A stretch of 64,000 bases of DNA from a bacterium. Its GTDB lineage: Bacteria; Omnitrophota; Gorgyraeia; Zapsychrales; Zapsychraceae. Shown one piece after another: positions 1-9,382 of this stretch; within the stretch, counting starts at the first letter, position 1, and each line of letters opens with the position of its first letter. Under the pieces are notes generated by a model. That model saw nothing but the letters and a program-made list of their open reading frames with translations. It had not been told where the DNA came from and ran no database searches. The stretch is from contig JAUIER010000006.1 of assembly GCA_030429765.1 (NCBI GenBank), positions 23,925 through 87,924 on the forward strand, written 5' to 3'. The position numbers and the translations under genes are program-made.

Positions 1-212
1 GTTGCCAGATCGAGGCCGCCGCCTTCACGGAAAGTTGCTGCCCCGCCACAGCCCGACATAGTAAAACCGGTAGTGACATCCGCCACCGCGGCTTGAGTTT
101 GACCGGCCCGACATGCGTCAGCGCGGCGGTCAGGTCCGGATGGATCGATCTGGACAGCCGCTTGAATCGGGAATGAATCTGGATATGCGTGAGCGTTTTA
201 TGCAATGCCATG

Positions 213-2708
213 CTATTTATTCAGTTGAGATCCGTACACCTCGATTTCGTACAACGAGACGCCGTAGGTGTTGCTCCGCTCCGTCGTGAAGATTCTCACA
301 TAACGTCCGCGGCCTGAAATCGACGGCAATTCTTCTTTGCCGCCTAACCCGTTCGCCTTGGTCAAGACGTCCGTCCACTGCACACCGTCATCCGACACCT
401 GCACGCTGTAAGACTTGGCCGCTCCCAGATCCACCCAATGCAGCACCATGCGGGAAATATGATAACGTTGACCGAGGTCCACGGCAATCCACTGCGGATC
501 CGACGCGTCAGCCTGCCAGCGCGTCCGGGAACTGCCATCCACCGCGTTTTGCGGGTCCAATGACTTGTGAATCGTCGACGCGGTCGCCTTTTGGTTCAAA
601 GCCAGATTACGCACCAGCAATTTGTCGACGGGCTTAAGCGGAAGCTCTTCATCCGACGACGTTTCCCGACGGTCAAAACACATCTGACCGGCACAGCGGC
701 TCTGGCAGCAGAATCCGCCGCAACACTCATCGTCACCGGAACACATCTCGCCATCCCAGCGGCAACTCGGTACATCCGGCTCCGCGCCGGCCTCAAAGGC
801 GCCGATATCCCAACCGCTATTGTGTGGACGTTTACCAAAATTGTAGTCTGTCGCGAATTGTTCCAACAACGCCTCCCCACGATCCCGCGCCGGTGAACCG
901 TCACGTGTCTGAAAATCCGAAAGCTTCAGCGCGCTGACATCACTCCAATCCGAACGGTTTAATTGCGGATCCGCAAAGATGCTATTCTTATCCACACCAA
1001 ACGCCTTCTGCCATGAGGCCAAGGTGTACTTGCCTGGCCCATAGTATTCCATAAATGGATACTTCATGTCAGCCGGAGCGAAGTAAATATTGTTATCCCA
1101 ACTGATCCCGTCGTCGGGCCCCTTTTTGATCGGCCCGCGTTGTGCCAATGTGGTGTGGACCGGATACTGACAAATGACAATATTATTGCGGATGAAAGAA
1201 TTGTAGCTTCGTTCTCCCCAATTGCTCATCAGTATCCCGACATAGATATCTTCAAATTCCTGGGCATCTCCGTCGGGTGTGATGATGATATTGTTGAAGA
1301 TATCCGAATTCTTGATCCCGAAACTCCCCTTGCCTTCGGCTGAAGAAATACCGTATCGTGAGCCGATGATCAGATTATTGTAAATGCGGGCATTGGTAAA
1401 ATGACCGCTTGGGTCCTCAGCCGCCATCGTGATCCCCATCTGCCGTAACTTTCGACGGATCTTGGCCCAAAATTGCCCCTGCTTTTCCGGCCATCCATAC
1501 AAATCATATGGATCCTGCCGCGTGGCTAAAATGATATTCCGCCGGACAATCTGATTGGCTCCGACACCGACATAAATCCCCACACTGAAGTTGTCGACGA
1601 CGATATTGTCTTCAATAATCGCGTCATCAATCCCCTGAATGCCTTCGCCTCCGTTATCCATGACGATATTACCGGCCACATAACTCGTCGCCGACGGCGC
1701 CAGCGCGGCCTGCCACAACCCGTCCACGTTGTTGTCCGAGCGATGACCGCGCGGCCAGTTGTTCATGACATTTCCATACACCAGATTACGGGTGATGCGA
1801 CAGTACTTCAAATCCTTGTAAATACTCAACCCGGCGCGGTTGGCAAACATAAACCGGCAGTTATCAAAATTGATATGGCTGCCGCTGGAAACCCAGGGCG
1901 AGGCCTTGCTTCCTACAAAGGTCAATCCGTAAAATGTGATGTAGGAAGGATTATAGGAAAAGTACATCGACCAGCGCTCATCCTCGGGACCACTGTTGTC
2001 GAGGACGATCGTGTCGCGGTCATCCGGATTAAATCCGCCGGTGAACACATACAGCCATCCGGTCTTGTTATCCCACCACCAGTCACCATATTTCTGGACA
2101 CCTTTTAATCCCGGATTCTTGGTCGAGGTGACCATGTGAAAGGACCGAAAATCATTATCGATAATGACCTGATGAATGCCTTCGGCAAACGTCCCGCCCC
2201 CGCCGGTCATGTCGGTTTGGATCTTAAAAATATTCTTCGTATGCGGCTCCCAGCGTTTGTCACGAAGATCCAATTGTTGGGTCACGATGACCTCCCCGTC
2301 GCCGTAAGGGCCGATAATCATCCGGTTGTTTTCATCGTTCTGCGACCAATACGGCGGGCCATAAAACCACGGCCACGTTTCATAATACGTGCCGGCCTTG
2401 ATCATCACGCGCGCGCCTTTGCCCGGATCGACATATTGCTGAATTGTCGCCCTTATCGTTCGCTTGGGCCCCTTGTTGGTGCCCGGAATCCAGTCAGGAT
2501 GCCGGCCGTCATAGTCATCATGGCCGTTGGTCCCGTCGATATACCAGTTATTACCCTGCCCCGGACTGAGCTTCAATTGATCTTTCTTGGTCCCGTCATA
2601 GTGACGACTATCCAAGAGATTAATGATCCGCGGATCCAGCGACGGTTCATAAGCCTCAACCGAAACGGACAGTAACAAAATCAGTAATGCTAATATCGTT
2701 TTATACAT
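213..2708 (-). CDS. secreted right-handed beta-helix (pectate-lyase-like) protein with Cys-rich linker and C-terminal F5/8 type C (discoidin) domain
   Basis: 831-aa ORF with N-terminal signal peptide MYKTILALLILLLSVSVEA. It has repeated beta-helix-like NxxIxxN/DN motifs and a Cys-rich segment CRWDGEMCSGDDECCGGFCC. The C-terminal ~140 aa (WQADASDPQWIAVDLG...YVRIF) resembles a discoidin domain. Confidence 0.55.
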   Translation of the reverse strand: MYKTILALLILLLSVSVEAYEPSLDPRIINLLDSRHYDGTKKDQLKLSPGQGNNWYIDGTNGHDDYDGRHPDWIPGTNKGPKRTIRATIQQYVDPGKGARVMIKAGTYYETWPWFYGPPYWSQNDENNRMIIGPYGDGEVIVTQQLDLRDKRWEPHTKNIFKIQTDMTGGGGTFAEGIHQVIIDNDFRSFHMVTSTKNPGLKGVQKYGDWWWDNKTGWLYVFTGGFNPDDRDTIVLDNSGPEDERWSMYFSYNPSYITFYGLTFVGSKASPWVSSGSHINFDNCRFMFANRAGLSIYKDLKYCRITRNLVYGNVMNNWPRGHRSDNNVDGLWQAALAPSATSYVAGNIVMDNGGEGIQGIDDAIIEDNIVVDNFSVGIYVGVGANQIVRRNIILATRQDPYDLYGWPEKQGQFWAKIRRKLRQMGITMAAEDPSGHFTNARIYNNLIIGSRYGISSAEGKGSFGIKNSDIFNNIIITPDGDAQEFEDIYVGILMSNWGERSYNSFIRNNIVICQYPVHTTLAQRGPIKKGPDDGISWDNNIYFAPADMKYPFMEYYGPGKYTLASWQKAFGVDKNSIFADPQLNRSDWSDVSALKLSDFQTRDGSPARDRGEALLEQFATDYNFGKRPHNSGWDIGAFEAGAEPDVPSCRWDGEMCSGDDECCGGFCCQSRCAGQMCFDRRETSSDEELPLKPVDKLLVRNLALNQKATASTIHKSLDPQNAVDGSSRTRWQADASDPQWIAVDLGQRYHISRMVLHWVDLGAAKSYSVQVSDDGVQWTDVLTKANGLGGKEELPSISGRGRYVRIFTTERSNTYGVSLYEIEVYGSQLNK

Positions 2709-2806
2709 ATTTTCCTTTCATAAATCAGGGGCAGTGGACTTCCTCTATATATAAATCATTCCTCCGACAACGGGGTAATTTTCGAATCTCTCAGTAAAAA
2801 TCCTAT

Positions 2807-3451
2807 CTACTTACTCTTTATTTTTTTAAGCCAAGACTTAAAACCATCTTCCCCATATTCGAAAGTCATTTCATCTAATGTTAATAGCTCGTCATTAAAA
2901 TCCTTATCTGGTGTATAGGTAATAGAGTACCATTTAACTATATCGTTAAAAACATCTTTGACATTCTCCATCCGCACCTGAATAACGTTTCTAGTAACTT
3001 CAAATACCGCTCGCGAAGTACTACCTCGAATACTATCACTTATGTCAACTGAATTTGGCAATGGAACCTCCTTAAGCTGAAATATTAGATAGCTACTATA
3101 TCTTTGAGAATCCAAATTTTCGGGCCTCTCTATAGTCTTTATTCGAGTACCCAAATCTGATTCCATAAATATTTCAGTAGTTCTTAAAGCATCCATCTGA
3201 GCAAGCGCCATATGAATATCTACAATTTCATGTCTGATTTCTGTAATTGCATTAAAATGGTTTTCAATTTTAGGTTGTAGATTTATCACCTGATTTATCT
3301 GTGGTTCTAGCACAGTCAATTTGTCAGAATTCACACATCCTTGCACAACACTAAAAATACTTATTATCAAAGCTCCTAGGGCGATCATGTCCGACTTGTC
3401 CCATGTTTTTAAGGATGACCAAATATTATGTAACATACTTTTAATATTCAT
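2807..3451 (-). CDS. hypothetical membrane-anchored protein (markedly low-GC gene)
   Basis: 214-aa ORF with an N-terminal TM helix (MIALGALIISIFSVV). AT-rich compared with its neighbours. No recognisable domain. Confidence 0.35.
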   Translation of the reverse strand: MNIKSMLHNIWSSLKTWDKSDMIALGALIISIFSVVQGCVNSDKLTVLEPQINQVINLQPKIENHFNAITEIRHEIVDIHMALAQMDALRTTEIFMESDLGTRIKTIERPENLDSQRYSSYLIFQLKEVPLPNSVDISDSIRGSTSRAVFEVTRNVIQVRMENVKDVFNDIVKWYSITYTPDKDFNDELLTLDEMTFEYGEDGFKSWLKKIKSK

Positions 3452-3491
3452 TCAAATAAGTCCATACTATTAAATAATCTCTAAAATTCAT

Positions 3492-3836
3492 TCACTTATA
3501 AACTCTAATTACCTGGATCACTCCAACTATTTCTTTATTCAATTGCTCCAAATCTTCCGCCGGTATCCACCATTCGGTATGATGCACCGCACCCACGGTT
3601 TTGATTGGATACCGATACATAAATTCCTTCATCACCTCAAACCGGGCGACATAGCCCACTCCACAATCCGGAACATTCCATTTGATTGTGATTTCTTTGG
3701 CATAATCTTCATTCGTGACCGGATAAAATATCGGCTGGCCTGGCAACCTCGGCGGCCATTTTGTGTATCCACTTGGCTTGACCAGCTCCAACTCTTGGGG
3801 GCCGACGGGTCGATACAATGTAATCGTTTCTTTCAT
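3492..3836 (-). CDS. hypothetical protein
   Basis: 114-aa ORF with normal GC. No recognised motif. Confidence 0.35.
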   Translation of the reverse strand: MKETITLYRPVGPQELELVKPSGYTKWPPRLPGQPIFYPVTNEDYAKEITIKWNVPDCGVGYVARFEVMKEFMYRYPIKTVGAVHHTEWWIPAEDLEQLNKEIVGVIQVIRVYK

Positions 3837-3860
3837 AATATTGTTACCAGAATCATTCGA

Positions 3861-4781
3861 TCAAGCATCATCCGGCAGCGGGATAAATTCATCGTCACCT
3901 TTGACGGAGGCAAAACGTTTGGCCTTCCAATCGGCCTTGGCCTGTTCGATGCGGTCTTTGCGGCTGGAGACAAAATTCCACCAGATATGCCGTGGCCCGT
4001 CAAGCGGCTCACCGCCCACGACGACCAGTCGCGCGTCGCTGATCGCGGCCACATCCAGGACATCGCCCGGCCGCAACACCAGTAATTGCATCGGCGGGTA
4101 GGTGATGCCCGCGATATTGATCTCGCCGGACAAGGCATAGATCGCGCGCTCTTCATAATCGGCCGGTATCGAAAATCGCTGGCCGGCCTTGAGCCGCACA
4201 TCAAAATACAACGTCGGTGACGGCATCTGCACCGGTGACGTCACCCCCTCGAACGATCCGGCAATGATCCTCATCATCCGTCCATCTTCCTCGATGACCG
4301 GAATCTCCGGCTTTTTGAATTGCGTAAAGGTGCACTCATCCTCTTCCCGATCTTTAGGTAGGGCAATCCATGATTGAATACCAAATAATCGTGAAGGATT
4401 CTTTCGGACATCAGGCCCGGTGCGTTCCGAATGCACGATCCCTGATCCGGCCTTCATCAAATTAATATCACCGGGATAAATCGTCTCGTGGTATCCGAGC
4501 GAATCGGCATGATCAATCGATCCGTCAAACAAATAGGTCAACGTCGCCAGTCCGATATGCGGATGCGGCCGCACGTCCAACCCGTGACCGCTGATAAATT
4601 CTCCCGGTCCCATCTGATCAAAAAAGATAAACGGGCCGACCGTCCGTCGACTACTCGACGGCAGCGCGCGTCGAACCTCAAATCCCCCTAAATCGCCCGT
4701 GCGGGGAATCACAATCGTCTCTATCGCCTCCGGACATCCGTCCTGCTGACATTCCGGATCCTGTGCGGGTAACCAGCTCAT
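3861..4781 (-). CDS. pirin family protein (cupin)
   Basis: Pirin N-terminal motifs RRTVGPFIFFDQMGP and HPHIGLATLTYLFDGSIDHADSLG. Start chosen at MSWLP, which has an AAGGAG RBS 7 nt upstream. Confidence 0.85.
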   Translation of the reverse strand: MSWLPAQDPECQQDGCPEAIETIVIPRTGDLGGFEVRRALPSSSRRTVGPFIFFDQMGPGEFISGHGLDVRPHPHIGLATLTYLFDGSIDHADSLGYHETIYPGDINLMKAGSGIVHSERTGPDVRKNPSRLFGIQSWIALPKDREEDECTFTQFKKPEIPVIEEDGRMMRIIAGSFEGVTSPVQMPSPTLYFDVRLKAGQRFSIPADYEERAIYALSGEINIAGITYPPMQLLVLRPGDVLDVAAISDARLVVVGGEPLDGPRHIWWNFVSSRKDRIEQAKADWKAKRFASVKGDDEFIPLPDDA

Positions 4782-4799
4782 AGTGTTCTCCTTGTATTT

Positions 4800-4815
4800 G
4801 GGGACAGCGCCCACT
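4800..4815 (+). repeat. type-C 16-bp motif GGGGACAGCGCCCACT
   Basis: 18 nt upstream of the pirin RBS. Confidence 0.5.
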
Positions 4816-4817
4816 GT

Positions 4818-5705
4818 TTGACACGGCCTTTATTGTACCGTCAGGCGCGCGTTCACGCCATTTATAATATTCACCCCGCCGAGATTCGGGAGTTGACAGC
4901 GTCAACGTTCATCCGATACTATAAACCAGCTATGCGAACGATTCCCTTCGAGACCCATTCTTATTACAGTTACCAGGGCACGTTGAAAGAACCCCGGATT
5001 ACACATCGACGTGAGACCCTGGACGTGTTTTTATGCCGGGAAAATCTTTTTTCCTACGAGATTGAAAAGATCGGTGTTGTGCCGCCCCGACACATCATCA
5101 ATCACGTCCTGAAATCTGGCGAAGCGCGCAGCTATTTCTGGGAAGGATTTGAGATCGACGAAGCGGAGTACCAAGAGCTGTGCCAAACCCTATCGGACAA
5201 ATCGGATGGCTATTGCGTCCAGGTTCCGGATCTCGCGGGGTACAAAACTTATCAAAGCTGGTGGCGCGCGCTGGTCGACAAGATTCACAACAACCCCCGC
5301 TTTAAGCCGATCACAAATTGGTCGGTTCAGAACGACTTGATCGGCATTCCCATCGGACCCCAGCAGTGGATCGTCCGGGACTCTCACATCAAACATGACG
5401 AAGCCGTCAATGTGGATCGCCTCCTGAAACCTCTCAATGATTTCCTGCGTCGATTGGAAACTGCGTGCGTGGCCGATTGCTGCGGAATGGCGGCCTTTGA
5501 TCTCTATCCGGAAAACATCAACGAACGTTTATCTCAAGACGATAAACTCAAGGTCATCCCCCTCCTTGAATCCACGATCCAAACGCTGCAGGAGCTTCCG
5601 GCATCGCATCAATATCTCAAAAGTGAACGGCTCAACAGCACCCTGACCCGTGCTGCAATGGTTCAAGTCTTTCAGCATATTTTGGATGTGATCTCTCGGG
5701 GATAA
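4818..5705 (+). CDS. hypothetical protein (start uncertain: TTG at 4818 or ATG at 4932)
   Basis: 295-aa ORF divergent from the pirin gene. C-terminal ACVADCCGMAAFDLYPE motif. No recognised family. Confidence 0.4.
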   Translation: MTRPLLYRQARVHAIYNIHPAEIRELTASTFIRYYKPAMRTIPFETHSYYSYQGTLKEPRITHRRETLDVFLCRENLFSYEIEKIGVVPPRHIINHVLKSGEARSYFWEGFEIDEAEYQELCQTLSDKSDGYCVQVPDLAGYKTYQSWWRALVDKIHNNPRFKPITNWSVQNDLIGIPIGPQQWIVRDSHIKHDEAVNVDRLLKPLNDFLRRLETACVADCCGMAAFDLYPENINERLSQDDKLKVIPLLESTIQTLQELPASHQYLKSERLNSTLTRAAMVQVFQHILDVISRG

Positions 5706-5709
5706 GAAT

Positions 5710-5729
5710 CGGGACAGCGCCTACATTTT
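5710..5729 (+). repeat. type-C motif copy (CGGGACAGCGCCTACATTTT)
   Basis: At a convergent gene junction. Overlaps the stop of the 5721-6125 gene. Confidence 0.5.
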
Positions 5730-6125
5730 TCGTTTCGCTGAATCGGCCCTTCGTAAACCATAGTAAAGCGAAAATACAACCAAAGAAATCAACAGATCGG
5801 TCCACCGCCCATCGTACTGAGTCAGTCCGTAAACGAACAACCCAAATTGCCCCGCCGCCGCTGCCAGTAAAAAATAAATTCCCCATCGCCATTTGGCGGC
5901 CAGGAAACTCGTCAATAAGTAGGCCAAACTCAAATACTGCCAAACTTCTTCCGTCCGCCAACGGTGATATCGAAAAGCAATTAGATCCTCCGGCGATGTT
6001 CCACCCAATCGATAGGACAGCCCTTGGTACACATAGTGATTCATGTAGCAGAATCCGGCATACAAAAACATAAACATGATCAGCGGGGCGTACGGTCTGT
6101 TGGGGTCTTTGGATTTTTGAGTCAT
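5721..6125 (-). CDS. hypothetical integral membrane protein
   Basis: 134-aa ORF with 3-4 predicted TM helices. Confidence 0.4.
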   Translation of the reverse strand: MTQKSKDPNRPYAPLIMFMFLYAGFCYMNHYVYQGLSYRLGGTSPEDLIAFRYHRWRTEEVWQYLSLAYLLTSFLAAKWRWGIYFLLAAAAGQFGLFVYGLTQYDGRWTDLLISLVVFSLYYGLRRADSAKRKM

Positions 6126-6176
6126 TATCTATAGCCGCACTTCAAATGCGATATTAGTGGGAGCTGTCCCTCGATT

Positions 6177-6395
6177 TTATTCGTCGAGCTCATTTAAAAC
6201 CCCACATCCAGATGTACAATTAAATAGCCATCTCTCAAATCCCCTAAGGTCATCCGCATAGAATTCGCAACCCATCCAGCTTTTATCATCTATTCTCTCA
6301 ATAGGACATGTGGCTAAAATTCTGATTCTGTATGAGATCAATTCACGCATAACCTCGGTAAAATATTCTTCTGGCACTGTGAGTTTGTATTTCAT
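6177..6395 (-). CDS. hypothetical small protein
   Basis: 72-aa AT-rich ORF in a cluster of small genes. Confidence 0.25.
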   Translation of the reverse strand: MKYKLTVPEEYFTEVMRELISYRIRILATCPIERIDDKSWMGCEFYADDLRGFERWLFNCTSGCGVLNELDE

Positions 6396-6406
6396 ATGAC
6401 TGGTGT

Positions 6407-6760
6407 CTACTTTTTCAACTTCTCCAATTCAGCCCGAACAAAATATACAGTCTTGGGTTGTCCATCATCGACGGATTCACTCATTTCAACTTTGTATAGT
6501 GTTCCATCTGAACGTGTAAGGATGTCCAATACAGTCCCTTCCTTACCCAAGAAACTGGCTGAATCTGAACATATAGACTTCCTAATCTTCACCCGACACC
6601 CCTTTTCCAATTCGCTAAAACAAATAATGCATGTACCGGGCACCAATTCTCCCGGTGTACCTTCTGGCCACATTTTTTCGTACCAATCCGGATCTCTGAC
6701 CAATATATGATAGAAGTCGCCACAAACTGGACACTTGCAAAACACCCTTGATGTCTCCAT
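6407..6760 (-). CDS. hypothetical zinc-ribbon protein with KOW-like segment
   Basis: CKCPVCG...CIICF four-Cys arrangement, followed by GCRVKIRK...GKEGTVLDI. Confidence 0.35.
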   Translation of the reverse strand: METSRVFCKCPVCGDFYHILVRDPDWYEKMWPEGTPGELVPGTCIICFSELEKGCRVKIRKSICSDSASFLGKEGTVLDILTRSDGTLYKVEMSESVDDGQPKTVYFVRAELEKLKK

Positions 6761-6773
6761 TCTAAATACTGGT

Positions 6774-7139
6774 TTAGCGCTCGACCAAGATTAAACTTGG
6801 CTTACCATTATTCTCGACTATGCGATACGTCTTGTTCGCTTCAACATTTATATTCAACTTATAATCTTTATACTTTGGATTTACATCTTCCCCAAATCTG
6901 TCATTCCGCTCACGCACTAACACTTCATGGCGTCCTTTTGAAACTAAAACTAAAGGGACAATCGTGACGAAAATTCCGTGCTTCCTGCGATTCGGCAATT
7001 CACCGTTAACCGAAATAATTTCATACGTTGAGCCGACCACATAGTCCTCAATCACGGCATGACGCCAATGAGCCATTTGTGATATCCAGATACAGATAGC
7101 GAGAATAAATAATAGTCCGTATATTACTATTTTATTCAT
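6774..7139 (-). CDS. hypothetical protein with N-terminal TM/signal
   Basis: 121-aa ORF whose N-terminus is hydrophobic (IVIYGLLFILAICIWI). Confidence 0.3.
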   Translation of the reverse strand: MNKIVIYGLLFILAICIWISQMAHWRHAVIEDYVVGSTYEIISVNGELPNRRKHGIFVTIVPLVLVSKGRHEVLVRERNDRFGEDVNPKYKDYKLNINVEANKTYRIVENNGKPSLILVER

Positions 7140-7160
7140 TGTATGAAATTCTTAAGGCAC

Positions 7161-7853
7161 CTAATTGGGCTTCACGCTCACATCAAACCGCTCTTCGGGC
7201 CAGTGTAGATCGGGATTCGGCGGCAGGACGGCGGCGGGTCCGATGTGTTGTTCGCAGAACGCCTTGATTGTGTCGGGATTATACTTCTGATACGTGACGG
7301 CGTTGAACAAGCGCATCCCGCGGGAAATCACATTCAACTTTCGTTGACTCCGACCGGCATCGCGATATTGGGCGGCCGATTGAATGGGCAGATCACCCAA
7401 CAAGATCATCCCGCCGGGCTTAACGAGTCGTCCGAACTCTCTGATCACCTGCATGGCCTGATCCACGTCGGGCATGTACTCAAACACGCTCCAGCTGTAA
7501 ATCTTGTCAAACGATTGGTCCGGCCAGTCAATCGAAACGTCGGTGACATGCTTGACCTCAACATTTGACAACGTGTCCGTGTTAGCGGCCGCCAGCTCTA
7601 TCATCCGACGGTTAGGGTCCACCCCGACCATATGCTGACATTTAGGTGACATCAGTTTTAAATGCATCCCGTTGCCGCAGCCGTAGTCCAGCACGACGTC
7701 CGACGGTTGCGGAGCGATCTGCGTCAAAAGATGCGCCTCGATGGCCGCGTTTTCCTGATCCGTCCAGCTGTTCACCCGTGCCGACTCGCCGTCAAAAATC
7801 CGCCCGCGCAGATTAAACCATTGATGATAAATCGCGCTGCTCAACCACCCCAC
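7161..7853 (-). CDS. class I SAM-dependent methyltransferase
   Basis: Motif I VLDYGCGNG and post-I GGMILLGDLP. GTG start with a GGAGG RBS. Confidence 0.7.
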   Translation of the reverse strand: MGWLSSAIYHQWFNLRGRIFDGESARVNSWTDQENAAIEAHLLTQIAPQPSDVVLDYGCGNGMHLKLMSPKCQHMVGVDPNRRMIELAAANTDTLSNVEVKHVTDVSIDWPDQSFDKIYSWSVFEYMPDVDQAMQVIREFGRLVKPGGMILLGDLPIQSAAQYRDAGRSQRKLNVISRGMRLFNAVTYQKYNPDTIKAFCEQHIGPAAVLPPNPDLHWPEERFDVSVKPN

Positions 7854-7870
7854 ACTTTAATCCTCCAAAA

Positions 7871-7889
7871 AGAGGGACAGCGCCCACAT
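7871..7889 (+). repeat. type-C motif copy (GAGGGACAGCGCCCACATT)
   Basis: Immediately upstream of the GGAGG RBS of the SAM-methyltransferase gene. Confidence 0.5.
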
Positions 7890-7915
7890 TCATCAAGTGA
7901 GTACTGCCCTTGTAA

Positions 7916-8452
7916 TTACAATGGATATTGAATTCTTCCTAATCGGGGCCCTCTACCTTGCCAATGGTTTCCATTAAACTCACCACGTAATAATGCTCGA
8001 TCAGTCAGTATATCTCCTGTCCAGATGTATATCCTTAAAACACCTAGTTTATTTTTCATCTCTTCGAAATGCGATAATTCATATGACTCGAAAACTGCGA
8101 TTCTCTCCTGTGGGTGAAAAAATATGACCGCTCCTAACAATGCCTCTGAACTGAAGGTATGCCTCATATAATACCTCAATGCTAACTCTGCTGCTTTGTA
8201 GTCGACAATCTTTTTATCAATATGGTTAAACCAATCAATAACTCGACAATTTTGATTTTGGACATTTCTGAGCTCCACGGGATCACCGACCGCGGTCACT
8301 TTATTCGTTTCATTACAAAACGCTATTTTCGTTGTCCCTTCCAGACTCTTACCGCCCGGTAAGGTTTTTACAAACAATTTTTCTTTATCTATTCTTACGT
8401 AGACTCGAGGATATGTGAATGGTCCACGTAGTAAGTTTATTAGTGACGGCAT
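7916..8452 (-). CDS. hypothetical protein
   Basis: 178-aa AT-rich ORF with no recognised motif. Confidence 0.3.
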   Translation of the reverse strand: MPSLINLLRGPFTYPRVYVRIDKEKLFVKTLPGGKSLEGTTKIAFCNETNKVTAVGDPVELRNVQNQNCRVIDWFNHIDKKIVDYKAAELALRYYMRHTFSSEALLGAVIFFHPQERIAVFESYELSHFEEMKNKLGVLRIYIWTGDILTDRALLRGEFNGNHWQGRGPRLGRIQYPL

Positions 8453-8489
8453 ATTATTGTTTTAAAGAGTGGCAGACGTAGCCCCTCCT

Positions 8490-9344
8490 TTAAAACACCT
8501 CCGGGATCCAGTTTTGTTTGTTAATCGGGGTGCGTTTGACCCGGCGTTTGGGACGCTTGGGGATCTTGACCGGTTTGGGCAGCACGTCTTTGTACTTGAT
8601 CATTGACAGCAGATGCGAGATGCAATTAAGCCGCGCGCGTTTTTTATCGTCGGCATTGACCACCCACCACGGCGACTCCTTGAGATCGGTATGTTTAAAC
8701 ATCACGTCCTTGGCCCGTGAATATTCCGGCCAGCGTTTGCGGGATTCCAGGTCCATCGCCGAGAGTTTCCAGCGTTTGAGCGGATCCTGACTGCGTTCCT
8801 GAAACCGCTTTTCCTGCACATCATCACTCACCGAAAACCAGTACTTAATCAGGATAATCCCCGAACGGATCAGCTCACGCTCAAACTGCGGCGTGGTCTG
8901 CAGGAATTCCTGATATTGCTGTTCCGTACAGAATCCCATCACCTTTTCAACACCGGCCCGGTTGTACCAGCTGCGGTCAAACAACACGATCTCACCGGCC
9001 GCCGGCAATTGACTGACATAGCGCTGAAAATACCATTGCGATCGTTCGCGTTCCGTCGGTGTAGTCAAAGCGACGATACGCACAACCCGCGGATTCAATC
9101 GCTGGGTGATCCGCTTGATCACGCCCCCCTTGCCGGCCGCGTCACGCCCTTCAAACAGCACCACCACCTTGAGGCCTTTGTGTTTGACCCATTCCTGCAG
9201 CTTGACCAGCTCGATCTGCAGCCGCTCCAGCTCAAATTCGTAATCCCGCCGGCTCAGCTTATCGGGGAATTTCTTGGACGCCTTCTTACGCGTCGATGCC
9301 TTTTTCTTGGTAGATTTTTTTCGGGTCGATTGCTTTTGGGTCAT
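8490..9344 (-). CDS. ppk2: polyphosphate kinase 2 (PPK2, single-domain) with Lys-rich N-terminal tail
   Basis: PPK2 Walker A GRDAAGKGG. Lid and Walker B regions VLFDRSWYNRAGVEKVMGF and PWWVVNADDKKRARLN. Confidence 0.9.
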   Translation of the reverse strand: MTQKQSTRKKSTKKKASTRKKASKKFPDKLSRRDYEFELERLQIELVKLQEWVKHKGLKVVVLFEGRDAAGKGGVIKRITQRLNPRVVRIVALTTPTERERSQWYFQRYVSQLPAAGEIVLFDRSWYNRAGVEKVMGFCTEQQYQEFLQTTPQFERELIRSGIILIKYWFSVSDDVQEKRFQERSQDPLKRWKLSAMDLESRKRWPEYSRAKDVMFKHTDLKESPWWVVNADDKKRARLNCISHLLSMIKYKDVLPKPVKIPKRPKRRVKRTPINKQNWIPEVF

Positions 9345-9360
9345 GTCAGCTACCTTTCAA

Positions 9361-9381
9361 AATAGGGGTCAGCGCCCTATT
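9361..9381 (+). repeat. type-B palindromic repeat (AATAGGGGTCAGCGCCCTATT)
   Basis: 7-bp stem AATAGGG/CCCTATT. Lies between a membrane-protein gene stop and the ppk2 start. Confidence 0.6.
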
Positions 9382-9382
9382 G

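Noticed and set aside
567-2675. Several ORFs of 60-180 aa antisense to the beta-helix/discoidin gene (567-896, 596-904, 1743-2108, 2136-2675)
   Set aside because: They lie entirely within a long, well-supported CDS on the opposite strand. They have no RBS and Arg/Pro-rich, GC-skewed compositions typical of spurious antisense frames.
3543-4204. ORFs 3543-4085 (+), 3763-4101 (+) and 3833-4204 (-) overlapping the pirin gene
   Set aside because: They are antisense to, or out of frame with, a high-confidence pirin CDS.
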